A stretch of DNA of 64,000 bases from Candidatus Babeliales bacterium (GTDB lineage: Bacteria; Babelota; Babeliae; Babelales; JBFXEV01). Position 1 is the stretch's first letter, and each line of letters opens with the position of its first letter. Below are positions 48,195 through 58,435 of this stretch, in pieces. Where the stretch lies: contig JBFXEV010000001.1 of the NCBI GenBank assembly GCA_050179755.1, positions 1,001,994 through 1,065,993 on the forward strand, written 5' to 3'. Below the pieces are notes generated by a model. The model did not search any database. It had not been told where the DNA came from and saw only the letters and a list, made by a program, of their open reading frames with translations. The position numbers and the translations under genes are program-made.

Positions 48195-49244
48195 ATGTCT
48201 TTTAAGAATTATATAATGCTCAGCATTATGGCTAGTTTGTTTAGTGAAGCTACAGCTTATCGCTTTGATTATCATGATGCACCTATTCGCCAATCGGATA
48301 GTCGTAGATACGTTGAAGATAATCGTTATTGGGTGCATACCGAATATTTTAATTCAAAAATAGGTAAAACTATTCGCTGTATTGATTATTGTGTTGATTC
48401 AAGACATTACTCGGTGAACTTGCATATTTGGTATCCGGATGCATTAAATCACAATGAAATTTTTATGTTTGCACCCTATCGCAAAAATGATCTTGATGCA
48501 AGAATAAAGGCGCTTATTAAGCGTGGTTTTTCACATGAAGATGCTTTTAAGCTTGATGATGTATATTGTTATGCGATTGATAATTGCCAATTAACATCAG
48601 AAACACTATGTCCTTTGCTATTTTTTTGCACGGGTGATTTGGGTACGTGCGCTGGTGATTATACAGCCATGTGCGAAAAGCTTGCAAGCAAAGGTTACGT
48701 GGTGGTTGCGCTTGAAAATACGCATGAAAACAGGCTTACAATTAATGATATAGAATATGCTTATCTGGCGATGCGTACATATAATACTACCACAGAAGAT
48801 ATGTTTTATAATCAGATGGATTTTGCTCGTGCGGGTATTATTGGGCATTTGCATGGCGGATCTCTTGCCTATACAATGTGCACACAAAATGATCGATTTA
48901 AAGCAGGTATTAGTTTAGATGGTATGCCTTTTATTACTGATAAAGCGTATTGCGATAATGATGTGCCTTTTATGATTATGTTTTCTGAAGAAATGCATAA
49001 TGATACAGAAACATATAATGTACCAAACGCTCATTTGTATCAACAGTATGTTCCCATTGCCGTGACCATTCCTAAGTTAAAAAGAAATGGTTTTTCTGAT
49101 TTGGCAATTCTTAAAGATCTGCCACCTTATAAAGATAATAAGCAATTGCTTGATCTGGAAGCTCTAGCAGGTACTGTTGAGGGTGAAAAAACCATTACGT
49201 TGATCAATACGTATATTGTTGATTTCTTTGCAAAAAACTTATAA
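48195..49244 (+). CDS. Secreted alpha/beta-hydrolase fold protein (PAF-acetylhydrolase-like), nucleophile Ser absent
   Basis: IWYP, LASKGYVVVAL, GIIGHLHGG, RFKAGISLDG. Confidence 0.75.
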   Translation: MSFKNYIMLSIMASLFSEATAYRFDYHDAPIRQSDSRRYVEDNRYWVHTEYFNSKIGKTIRCIDYCVDSRHYSVNLHIWYPDALNHNEIFMFAPYRKNDLDARIKALIKRGFSHEDAFKLDDVYCYAIDNCQLTSETLCPLLFFCTGDLGTCAGDYTAMCEKLASKGYVVVALENTHENRLTINDIEYAYLAMRTYNTTTEDMFYNQMDFARAGIIGHLHGGSLAYTMCTQNDRFKAGISLDGMPFITDKAYCDNDVPFMIMFSEEMHNDTETYNVPNAHLYQQYVPIAVTIPKLKRNGFSDLAILKDLPPYKDNKQLLDLEALAGTVEGEKTITLINTYIVDFFAKNL

Positions 49245-49301
49245 GCTTTGCATACTATACAACACTAGAATTTCCGTTTAATTTTTTCCAAAGGATTATA
49301 C

Positions 49302-49991
49302 ATGCACAATATGAGTAAACTTTTGTTACAGGGCAGTTTATTAAGCGCATTAGTTCTTTTACCCGTACATCTTAAGTCTGATGGCTTTAAGATTATGGCT
49401 GCAGAGACTAAGCAGCATGAAAGTTTATCTTCGCACAAGTTGGTGCAAAAATCATTTTATTTTATACGCCATGGTCAAACAGATTGGAACATAGAAAATC
49501 GTTTGCAAGGGCAATTAGATATTCCTCTTAATGCTACAGGGCGTGCGCAAGCCAAGGCTTTGCAAGAGGATGTACGTGGATTAGATATTTCATGTGTGTA
49601 TTTTAGCCCGCTTTCTCGTACGCAAGAAACAATGGCAATTGTATGTAAGAATTTACCAGCGATTACCAAGATTTCAGTGCCTTCCTTGATGGAGCGTAAT
49701 TTTGGGGAATGGCAGGGGGAAATTTGGGATAATGAAGCTGCTCAGAAATATCGCAATGCATCGCCAGTTTCTGGTGAGACAGAAGAAGAATATTTTGATC
49801 GCGTGCTTACGTGCGTAAATGATCTATTGGCAACTACTGAAGGCCACGTGCTTATGGTGGCTCACGGCGGCGTGTTTTGGTCATTATGCAAAGCTGCAGG
49901 TATTGAGTATGATGTAATTAATAATTGCCGTATTTTACATTTTGTAGCGCCAAATGAAGCTACTGATCAATGGACGATTTACGAAATCTAA
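49302..49991 (+). CDS. Histidine phosphatase (phosphoglycerate mutase family)
   Basis: FIRHGQTDWN, SPLSR, ERNFGEWQG, VAHGG. Confidence 0.9.
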   Translation: MHNMSKLLLQGSLLSALVLLPVHLKSDGFKIMAAETKQHESLSSHKLVQKSFYFIRHGQTDWNIENRLQGQLDIPLNATGRAQAKALQEDVRGLDISCVYFSPLSRTQETMAIVCKNLPAITKISVPSLMERNFGEWQGEIWDNEAAQKYRNASPVSGETEEEYFDRVLTCVNDLLATTEGHVLMVAHGGVFWSLCKAAGIEYDVINNCRILHFVAPNEATDQWTIYEI

Positions 49992-50043
49992 GGGCTCGTA
50001 TATTCCAGAGTAGCATATGAGAAATAAGAGCCGGATTTTAATT

Positions 50044-50934
50044 TTACGTAAAAAAATCATCAAGAAATTCGCGGTTATAGCGATATAACCGTGCGTCTTG
50101 ATTTTGCCATGTTCCACGTTTGACGGTAAAGCCAATTACCGCAAGTGCTTTGCAAAGGCGCAAAAGTGGCATTATCGCATGGTAATCTGGAATTGCTCGA
50201 ATGCTTGCATAACCTTGCATAAAAGATTCTTTGTGCTCGGGATTTGCAGGCCAATTGTTATGCTCGAGTGAACAAAAATCTTCTTGCGCAAAACTAGCGC
50301 GTGCTGCCGACCAATCAATGATTCCTTGCAATTTGCCATTGTTAATTATTATATTTCCAGGCCTAAAGTCTCGGTGCACAATGCATGGCCCATCCGCTTG
50401 CAAAAGCAAATCAATTTGTGCATTAAAGTATGCACGGCATTGATCAACTAATGTTTGTGGCAGTAATGTGCCGCATTCTGCCAAACCTTCTTCAAATTTG
50501 TGTATAAAATAAGTGCGAGGGTCATTGCTCAGTGAATCGGGCTGCGATAGATCACCGTAGCTTGTTGTGCGTTGTTGATGAATACGCGCAAGCGTTTGGC
50601 CTATTTGATACGCAAGTTCATTGGTAAAATCATTCAGAGTCAGTAGCGTGCCGGGGATATATTCCATTAAAATGGCACCATTCACACCTTCCTCTGGTTC
50701 AATAACTTGAATAATTCGTGGCACGGTTAGTATGTTTGCAAAGTAGTTCAAGAAGTATACTTCATTAAGATAATCTTTTGCACGTGTGCATATTTTTAAA
50801 ATGTATGATGTGTTGCTACTTTGTATTCTTATTTTATAGACAATCGCAACAATTGCATTCTCGTGAATGATTGGCTCAAAAATAGCGTCTCTTAAGTTTA
50901 GATGTTGTTGATAGAACGCAATATGACTTTTCAT
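50044..50934 (-). CDS. APH-family phosphotransferase
   Basis: YILKI, ILMEYIPG, IVHRDFRPGNII, GIIDW. Confidence 0.88.
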   Translation of the reverse strand: MKSHIAFYQQHLNLRDAIFEPIIHENAIVAIVYKIRIQSSNTSYILKICTRAKDYLNEVYFLNYFANILTVPRIIQVIEPEEGVNGAILMEYIPGTLLTLNDFTNELAYQIGQTLARIHQQRTTSYGDLSQPDSLSNDPRTYFIHKFEEGLAECGTLLPQTLVDQCRAYFNAQIDLLLQADGPCIVHRDFRPGNIIINNGKLQGIIDWSAARASFAQEDFCSLEHNNWPANPEHKESFMQGYASIRAIPDYHAIMPLLRLCKALAVIGFTVKRGTWQNQDARLYRYNREFLDDFFT

Positions 50935-51170
50935 AGAAGTTGATCGTTTTGTTTTGTAATTATAAAGTGATATCTAGAATAACATTTTTTTCATATTCGC
51001 GATAATTTGGAAAAGCTTTAAAATAAAGGGCTTTTAAGCATTATACGCATCTACAAGTTTAATGCATGCTTGCAACTCTTGATAAATGGCCGTAGTCTAT
51101 CAATGCGTAAGTTGTATTGAATCTCGTTAAATGGCCTAGAATAATTGCAAACTTAAAAAGGGTTACAACA

Positions 51171-52946
51171 ATGATATACCGCAAAGCGTCTCTATTTTTA
51201 TTTTTTGCAACATTTTTTATTTGTTCACGTATAAAAGCTGGCTTTATTGAAGGAACGCTCGTTAAAACCTCTCAAGGCTTTGTGCCAATACAAGAATTGA
51301 GAATTGATGACGAAGTCTATGCATATGATACACGCACAGAAGAATTTGCAATACGCAGCATTGTGGCTAGTAATAGTCATGCAATATCTTCTTTGATCCA
51401 TCTGCAAGCCAATGGAAAACACCTTTTTGCTGATGCTGAACAGTTGTTTTACTTAGTCCTTGAAAAGAAATGGTGTTGTGCAAAAGATCTTCAGCCCGGA
51501 ATGTTGATGCAATCTTATCATGGGCAAAAAATTTTGGTGGAAAAGGTCAATGAACTCAATGTAAATAGCACTGTACATGAGATTACGCTTAATGAACCTC
51601 ACACTTTTTGCGTGACTGGCGATGGCATAGTTGTTCATAATTTTGCTTTTACCATCCCAATTTTGATTTTTGGTGCAGAAGGTATATCTCTTGCTAGTGG
51701 TATTGGTTCCGCATTAGTAAGCGGCGTCTGTGCAATAATTTGTTATAAAATTATTGCAGACACCGCTGGAGCAACCGTTGACCCTAATTTAGGTGTTTCT
51801 CAAGCTGATTTTTTAGGATCACAACAACAAAATATTAATCAAACAATAAATTATAACGCTCAAGCGAAGCATTATTCTCTAGCGCCTGATCACTCTCAAG
51901 CTACTGCAAAAAATACTGTCTTTTCTAGTCCAAAAACATCTGCTGACTTGGCAAGTAGCAGTTTTGAAAGATATCCTGGTGTGCATGATACACGGTCTTT
52001 CCCTGTCCCAAAATTGCCTATAGTCAATGCATGTGAAATTCCTGAAAAAAATAAGAATGGGCAGGAAATATCCACGTGCCCACCACCCAAAGAAGAAGAA
52101 CTATTACCAACGCTTGGTTGCGGCCAACCTCAAATGCCTGAGCCAATTATTTCTGGAGAATGTTTGCCCGATGTGCCAGAAGCGGACAGACTACAGTGTC
52201 CAGGAATTATTGGAGCATGGAAGCCGGAAGATGCGCAGACCTCATGCAATTGGAGCCGATCTCCACAGATACCCGGTTTGCTTGATATAAGTCCTGAAAA
52301 CGATTTACAAGAAGATTCAGGTGATAGTGAAGATGAAGCGCAAGTTGCCGACGATGAAATAACTGGCCAAAATGATGATGTTGCTCCCGCCAAGCCCAAA
52401 GAGAAAAATCAAAGGCAATCCAAAAAGAACTCACGACCATGGGATCTACCTAATCATGACCCAGCAATCGATATTGAGAAAATTGATTTTTCTGAAGTGC
52501 CTTATTTAACTCAAGAAGAAATCGAATTAATTAAAGAATGTATTGAACGATTTTTAGAGGTAGAAGGCTTTCTAGCAAATGATGGTGCTTTGTGGAGAAT
52601 ACTTAAATTTGAGGATCAAAAAAATGGAGCATTGTTTGAATTAGAATACATCAGTGAGTTGACTGATCAAGGCAGTACCATTATCAAAATGGGCTATGAA
52701 GTAAAAATACAAGGTGAAGTAATAGAAATTGATATTGAAACTGATACTGAATTAATAGAATGTAAATCTGGTACCTGGGAACTAAAAGAAGAAAATTACA
52801 TTAAGAAACTAAAGAAAAAGCTGCAGTTGGGAAAAGAACATAGCAAGAATCTGCAAAAGGAATTTGTAGTTGTTTCGAAAAAGTCAATTCCTACAATGTG
52901 GAAAAATTGGTTCATCGAAAACAATATAAATTTTAGAGAAAAATAA
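51171..52946 (+). CDS. Secreted Hint-domain polymorphic toxin 2 with a PD-(D/E)XK nuclease-like tip
   Basis: Signal peptide ending IKA, GFIEGTLVKT...VVHN Hint domain, TSCNWS, tip GALFELE...EIDIETDTELIECKSG. Confidence 0.82.
   Translation: MIYRKASLFLFFATFFICSRIKAGFIEGTLVKTSQGFVPIQELRIDDEVYAYDTRTEEFAIRSIVASNSHAISSLIHLQANGKHLFADAEQLFYLVLEKKWCCAKDLQPGMLMQSYHGQKILVEKVNELNVNSTVHEITLNEPHTFCVTGDGIVVHNFAFTIPILIFGAEGISLASGIGSALVSGVCAIICYKIIADTAGATVDPNLGVSQADFLGSQQQNINQTINYNAQAKHYSLAPDHSQATAKNTVFSSPKTSADLASSSFERYPGVHDTRSFPVPKLPIVNACEIPEKNKNGQEISTCPPPKEEELLPTLGCGQPQMPEPIISGECLPDVPEADRLQCPGIIGAWKPEDAQTSCNWSRSPQIPGLLDISPENDLQEDSGDSEDEAQVADDEITGQNDDVAPAKPKEKNQRQSKKNSRPWDLPNHDPAIDIEKIDFSEVPYLTQEEIELIKECIERFLEVEGFLANDGALWRILKFEDQKNGALFELEYISELTDQGSTIIKMGYEVKIQGEVIEIDIETDTELIECKSGTWELKEENYIKKLKKKLQLGKEHSKNLQKEFVVVSKKSIPTMWKNWFIENNINFREK
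52407..52562 (+). repeat. 156-bp exact direct repeat shared by toxin 2 and the orphan tip (54020-54175)
   Basis: Identical by eye from AATCAAAGGCAATCC to TTTTTAGAGGTA. Confidence 0.92.
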
Positions 52947-52948
52947 TC

Positions 52949-53812
52949 ATGAAAAGAACTTATTCATTTTGCGTTATGCTTAATTTAGATTATTCAGAGG
53001 AAAATATTTTTTCAATTCTCGAAAATGGTTCAAAATTAGGCTGCGTCTATAGAGATCATGGCCTCGGTGATACTCTTTCAAATATAGTTAATAGCAAAGA
53101 TGCCACAAAAGTTGTGTTGACTCGTTTTATCCAAGAATATGAATATGGACCTTATATTTTAGCAAAATTGGGTAAAACACATTATACTATTTGGTTTTAT
53201 CGTAGAAATAGTAAAATTTACTTGTGTATCGACCCTGATCATATCACATGGAAAAAACGTTATGAGCTGTGTGATTGGCAGGGTATCAATTTCTATCGCT
53301 ATCAAAGTTTTATATTAAGCTTAGTCGGTAACAATGTAATCACACATTTTAAAACGTATGAGTATTATAATGCAATTTATGCTGCAGAGTACAAAGAGCG
53401 TGATAAAAAAATATATGTAAAATTGAATACATATTGGGCGTATGATGTGTATCATCACCTAAAAGTGAATGGCAAGATACTAGGCATCATTTGGTTAGAT
53501 GCGAAGATGCAACCAATAAACATTAAAACTGAAGATAATACGCTTGAAAATATAATATATGATGAAAATAGGCAGCAATGTTGGTACGCTCTACACAACA
53601 ATATTGTATTAAAATTTTCTCTTATCGTAGGTCCAATTTTTATCATTGAGCCTATGAGTAATGGTAATTCCACCACAATGGATCAAGCACACGTGCTTGA
53701 TAGTGGCTTAAGAACTACTATTGAATTATTTAAAAATATGCCTGTTTTTAGATTTATCACCTTCAAGAGCGATGAAGACATAATTAATATCAACAAAATG
53801 GATGATAGATAG
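52949..53812 (+). CDS. Putative immunity protein, paralog 1
   Basis: Starts 2 bp after the toxin stop; two close paralogs downstream. Confidence 0.7.
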   Translation: MKRTYSFCVMLNLDYSEENIFSILENGSKLGCVYRDHGLGDTLSNIVNSKDATKVVLTRFIQEYEYGPYILAKLGKTHYTIWFYRRNSKIYLCIDPDHITWKKRYELCDWQGINFYRYQSFILSLVGNNVITHFKTYEYYNAIYAAEYKERDKKIYVKLNTYWAYDVYHHLKVNGKILGIIWLDAKMQPINIKTEDNTLENIIYDENRQQCWYALHNNIVLKFSLIVGPIFIIEPMSNGNSTTMDQAHVLDSGLRTTIELFKNMPVFRFITFKSDEDIININKMDDR

Positions 53813-53848
53813 TTATGTTTTCCGCATTAGCTTGGTTTTCTTGATTAG

Positions 53849-54565
53849 AGCAGGCATCCACATATATCCGGACTGCTTGATATAAGTCCTGAGAAAGATT
53901 ATCAAGAAGATGCTGACAATCAAGAAGATCCTGGTAATTGTGAAGATGATGCACCAGTTGTCGAAGGTGAAATAACTGGCCAAAATGATGATGTCGCTCC
54001 AACGAAGCCTAAAGAGAAGAATCAAAGGCAATCCAAAAAGAACTCACGACCATGGGATCTACCTAATCATGACCCAGCAATCGATATTGAGAAAATTGAT
54101 TTTTCTGAAGTGCCTTATTTAACTCAAGAAGAAATCGAATTAATTAAAGAATGTATTGAACGATTTTTAGAGGTACAAGGATTTATTGCAAAAGATGGTG
54201 CTCTCTGGAGAATACTTAAATTTGAAGCTCAAAAAGATGGGGCATATTTTGAATTAGAATACATCATTGAGCTGAGTGATCAAGGCCGTAAAATTATTAA
54301 AATGGGTGAGGAAGTCAAAGTACATGATGGATTAGTTGAAATTGACATTGAAACTGACATTGAATTAATAGAATGTAAATCCGGTATTTGGGAAATTAAG
54401 AATGCGCAAATAATTAAGAATTTACAAGATAAACTATTGTCTGCAAAAGAATATGGCAAACAGTTACAAAAATCATTTGTTGTAGTTACTAAAAAACAAA
54501 TTCCACCGATGTGGCAAAACTGGCTTGATCAAAATAATATTAACCATAGAGATTGGGAACCATAA
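53849..54565 (+). pseudogene. Orphan toxin C-terminal cassette (no signal peptide or Hint domain)
   Basis: Open frame from 53849 SRHPHISGLLDISPE... aligns to toxin 2 from NWSR onward; EIDIETDIELIECKSG intact. Confidence 0.85.
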
Positions 54566-54639
54566 GGAATAGTTATTCTTTGAAAAATTAGTTAATTAAA
54601 AATACTTAAAATGATTTTTTGGTTATTGAATAATTTCTT

Positions 54640-55016
54640 ACAAATGCTAATGCTCTCTTGAGTTACTCGAATCCGTAGAGCAAAAATTGAGCATTATTTA
54701 AATTAGAATATATCATGGAGCTGAAATGAACAAGACTAGACCAATTATTAAAATGGGACATAAGTTTGCAGTGCAGGAGGAACTAATAGAAATTGATATT
54801 GAAACTGATACTGAATTAATAATATGTAAATCTAGCGTTTGGGAGCAAACGAGAACAGATAAAATTAATAATTTAAAAAATAAGTTATTCCTTGCAGGAA
54901 AATGTGGCAATGGCATGGGAAAGCCATTCGTCATAGTTTCTAAAAAAATCATTCCGCTAGAGTGGAAAAATTGGTTTAATAAAAATAATATTAAATATAG
55001 AGAATGGCAACGATGA
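54640..55016 (+). pseudogene. Second, degraded orphan toxin tip
   Basis: IIKMG...EIDIETDTELIICKSS...W.NWF; upstream ALFKLEYIMEL in another frame; ATGA overlap with the next gene. Confidence 0.78.
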
Positions 55017-55873
55017 GTAAAAATTATGAATTTTTAGCTATGTTAGACTTAAAATATTCAAAAGAGAACAGTCTATTAATTCTTGAAAATGGAACAAGAA
55101 TGGGATGCATTTTCAAAAACCAAAGATTTACTAATCCTGAGGTAGCTATAATTGATAAATTTTCTGCCATGGAACTTGTTTGGTCACGTCATCTAGAAAA
55201 TTATGAATATGGGCCACTTGTATATGCTAAATATTATAAAACGCATTTTGCAATTTGGTTTTACAATAAAAATAATAAAATATATTTATACTTAAGCCCG
55301 ACTCATATTGGATGGAAAAAACGATATGATCTGTGTGATTGGTATGGCATTCATTTTTACCGCTATCAAAGTTTTATGTTGCGCTTAATTGGCAACAATA
55401 AAATTACACATTTTGAAACGTATGAGTACTTTAATGCTTCCTATGATGCTGAAGATATGTCTTATAACACCAAAATATATGTAAAATTGTATACGTATTG
55501 GGCTTATGATGTGCACCATCACTTAAAAGTAAATGGCAAGATACTAGGCATTATTTGGTTAGATGCTAAGATGCAACCAATGAGCATTAAAACTGAAGAC
55601 AATTCGATTGAAAATATTCTATATGATGAAAATAGGCAGCAATGTTGGTTCGCTATACACCATAACATCTTATTAAAATTTTCTATGCCAGCAGACCGTA
55701 CTTTTATCATTGAGCCTATGAGTAACGGCAGCTCTGCCATAAATCAAGCAGAATTGCTCGATAGTGGTTTAAGAACTATTATTGAACTATTTAAAAATAT
55801 GCCTGTTTTTAGATTAATTACCTTTAAGAGCGATGAAGATCTAATTAATATCAATAAGATGGATGATAGATAA
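55013..55873 (+). CDS. Putative immunity protein, paralog 2
   Basis: WKKRY.LC, FYRYQSF, HHLKVNGK, FKSDEDLININKMDD shared with paralog 1. Confidence 0.72.
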   Translation: MSKNYEFLAMLDLKYSKENSLLILENGTRMGCIFKNQRFTNPEVAIIDKFSAMELVWSRHLENYEYGPLVYAKYYKTHFAIWFYNKNNKIYLYLSPTHIGWKKRYDLCDWYGIHFYRYQSFMLRLIGNNKITHFETYEYFNASYDAEDMSYNTKIYVKLYTYWAYDVHHHLKVNGKILGIIWLDAKMQPMSIKTEDNSIENILYDENRQQCWFAIHHNILLKFSMPADRTFIIEPMSNGSSAINQAELLDSGLRTIIELFKNMPVFRLITFKSDEDLININKMDDR

Positions 55874-55951
55874 TTGCATTTTATGTATTTGCATTATTTT
55901 CTTGAAGAGTTGACTTGATTTAAATAATATTAAATATACGAAATGGCAATC

Positions 55952-56818
55952 ATGAGTAGAAATTTTGAATTTTCCGCAATGCTAAATTTATGCCATTCTA
56001 AGGAAAATATTTTTTCAATTCTAGAAAATGGGGCAAAATTAGGTTGCGTTTATAAAAACACCAGATTTACAAATCCTAATGTTAAGATAGTTAATATTTC
56101 TCTTGCTGCTGAACTTGTTTTGTCTCGTTTTATTGAGGACAGCGAAGAGGGTCCGCTTATTTATGTTAAATATCATAAAAATAATTTTGCTCTTTGGTTT
56201 TATAATATAAGCAACAAAATCTATTTGTTTATGAGCCCGACTCATATTGGATGGAAAAAAAGATATGATCTTTGTAATTCCTATGGTATTAATTTCTATC
56301 GTTATCAAAGTTTTATGTTGCGCTTAATCGGCAACAATATAATCACACATTTTGAAACTTTTGAATATTTCAATGAAGCCTTTGATGCAGAAGATATGCT
56401 TCATAACACCAAAGTATATGTAAAATTGTATATGTATTGGCCATATGATGTGTATCATCATCTAAAAGTAAATGGCAAGATGCTAGGCATTACCTGGTTA
56501 GATGCAAACAAACAGCCAATAGATCTTAAAGCTAAAGATAATGCGCTTGAAAGCATGCTCAACGATGAAGAAAGTGAGCAATGTTGGTATGCTATTCGTA
56601 ATAATATTGTATTAAAATTTTCTCTTACCGCAGGTCCTATTTTTATCATTGAACCTATGATCTCACCTTCGCTGAATTCCGGTACGCTAGATCAAGCACA
56701 AGTGTTTGATACTGGCTTGAGAACGACTATCGAATTATTTAGAAACGTGCACGTTTTTAGATTAATTACCTTTAAAAGTAATGAAGATCTAATTAATATC
56801 AACAAAATGGATGATTGA
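55952..56818 (+). CDS. Putative immunity protein, paralog 3 (orphan)
   Basis: Same motifs; preceded only by a roughly 30-bp remnant of a toxin 3' end. Confidence 0.72.
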   Translation: MSRNFEFSAMLNLCHSKENIFSILENGAKLGCVYKNTRFTNPNVKIVNISLAAELVLSRFIEDSEEGPLIYVKYHKNNFALWFYNISNKIYLFMSPTHIGWKKRYDLCNSYGINFYRYQSFMLRLIGNNIITHFETFEYFNEAFDAEDMLHNTKVYVKLYMYWPYDVYHHLKVNGKMLGITWLDANKQPIDLKAKDNALESMLNDEESEQCWYAIRNNIVLKFSLTAGPIFIIEPMISPSLNSGTLDQAQVFDTGLRTTIELFRNVHVFRLITFKSNEDLININKMDD

Positions 56819-56863
56819 TAATTACCGTATTGTGCATTCGTATTGTTTTTTTGTAACGACTTT

Positions 56864-57313
56864 TTACAAAACAATACTCTTGCTTTCATTGTGACTCTTG
56901 AGTAGTTCTTCTATGTGGTGCTGCTGTAAGTGTATGATCTTTTTAATATTTGGATGCAACGCACTATGCTCAAGTTCATCAAGTTTAATCCATCTAAAAC
57001 TATCATGCTCACGCGGACTAATCGTAACATCTTTGGTATCAACTACAGCACAGAACAAATACTCTAACACCATCTTGCCAGAGGGATGCGGCCATTCGTG
57101 AGTAGTTAATTGTTGCATCCTTTTTAGAGTTAAACCCGCTTCCTCTTGAACTTCACGTACTGCCCCATCTGCTACAGACTCGCCACTCTCAATCGTGCCG
57201 CCAGGAAGATCTTCCATTCCAGGGCTCACTAGAGCTTTTGAAGTTCGCTTAAGTAAAAGGAGTAAAGGTTGTTCGCCTACATTATAAAAAACAAGAACTT
57301 TAGCAACTAACAT
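56864..57313 (-). CDS. Nudix hydrolase
   Basis: Nudix box PGGTIESGESVADGAVREVQEEAGL; EHDSFRW. Confidence 0.92.
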   Translation of the reverse strand: MLVAKVLVFYNVGEQPLLLLLKRTSKALVSPGMEDLPGGTIESGESVADGAVREVQEEAGLTLKRMQQLTTHEWPHPSGKMVLEYLFCAVVDTKDVTISPREHDSFRWIKLDELEHSALHPNIKKIIHLQQHHIEELLKSHNESKSIVL

Positions 57314-57718
57314 GACATGCTATACCTTGATTACAAATACGTTGTTAAGACTGATTAATTTTAAGGTTACCTATCTTTTGGAAAATGTTAATTTATATTC
57401 GTAAACAGGATGTATTTTATAACCACATGTAAGTAAACTAATATTCATAAACTATAAGTAAATATTCAAACCCACAAGGGCTATTCAATGAAAATGCGTA
57501 AATTCATACGTCTCAGAAGTCATAGACACAATGTGTGCTTTGCATGTAATAAGTAAAGAAGAAATTCAAATTCTTCAAACAAAAACATAATGAGCGTGGT
57601 GGCTTTTTAGAGCGCTAATATGTTACTACTGCTGAACATCCTGAATGTAGTTAGGGAGTGGAGTATTGCTTGGCTCAACCAGAGAAATATCCGGAAATTA
57701 AGTGAGGGCAATGTTATT

Positions 57719-58435
57719 ATGAAAAAAAAAAGTGCTATCTTGGGTTTTATATTAGTAGTGTCTGCAAGTAAGATATTCGCACAAACTTATCAATCTCACT
57801 TTCCTAAGTTAGTATTCAAGTATGATTGGCGTGGTAAAAGCCTCGATCTTATTGGCAGATGGAGTTTGGATGGGGTTACATTAGCGCAACTTAAAGAACA
57901 ATATGATCTTCTTTCTCCAGAATTAGTGAGATCTTGTGAGCATGATTTGCCGTTATTTTTCGAAGAACTTTTTTCTGTTTTTAATCGGGGTATTAAGGCA
58001 AAAGAAAGAACAGTATTGATTTCCTTAACTAATCGTTGGTCGTATGGGAGCCACCGTTTTTTAGTTTTGGGACTCCGCAATATCCTTGACCCCAGCCCTT
58101 GGTGCAGAAAAGGCAGTCGTAGCGATGAATTTACTACTACTATGTTTCATGAATTATTACATGTTTGGGTTGATGAGAATGTGAGCCAGGAATCACCTCT
58201 TGTGAAAAAGTATAGTAAAGAAGATATTGTTGTAAATGCACATATACATTTGATGGCTTTACAAAAGATGGTATATCTAAATCTTAATAGACCAGATTTA
58301 CTGGAGATGATTGATGATGGCTATCGTAATTACGCTCCGCTTTCATATAAGCGGGCATGGGAGATAGTTAATGATATTGAAGGGTATGAGGCAGTGCTTA
58401 AAGATATTACGCACTGCAAAAACCTTGAGGCTTAG
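57719..58435 (+). CDS. Secreted protein with an HExxH motif (putative zinc metallopeptidase)
   Basis: Signal peptide MKKKSAILGFILVVSASKIFA; MFHELLHVW. Confidence 0.65.
   Translation: MKKKSAILGFILVVSASKIFAQTYQSHFPKLVFKYDWRGKSLDLIGRWSLDGVTLAQLKEQYDLLSPELVRSCEHDLPLFFEELFSVFNRGIKAKERTVLISLTNRWSYGSHRFLVLGLRNILDPSPWCRKGSRSDEFTTTMFHELLHVWVDENVSQESPLVKKYSKEDIVVNAHIHLMALQKMVYLNLNRPDLLEMIDDGYRNYAPLSYKRAWEIVNDIEGYEAVLKDITHCKNLEA

Noticed and set aside
52949..56818. Diversity-generating retroelement or restriction-modification reading of the repeats
   Set aside because: No reverse transcriptase or methyltransferase nearby, and differences are not confined to adenines.
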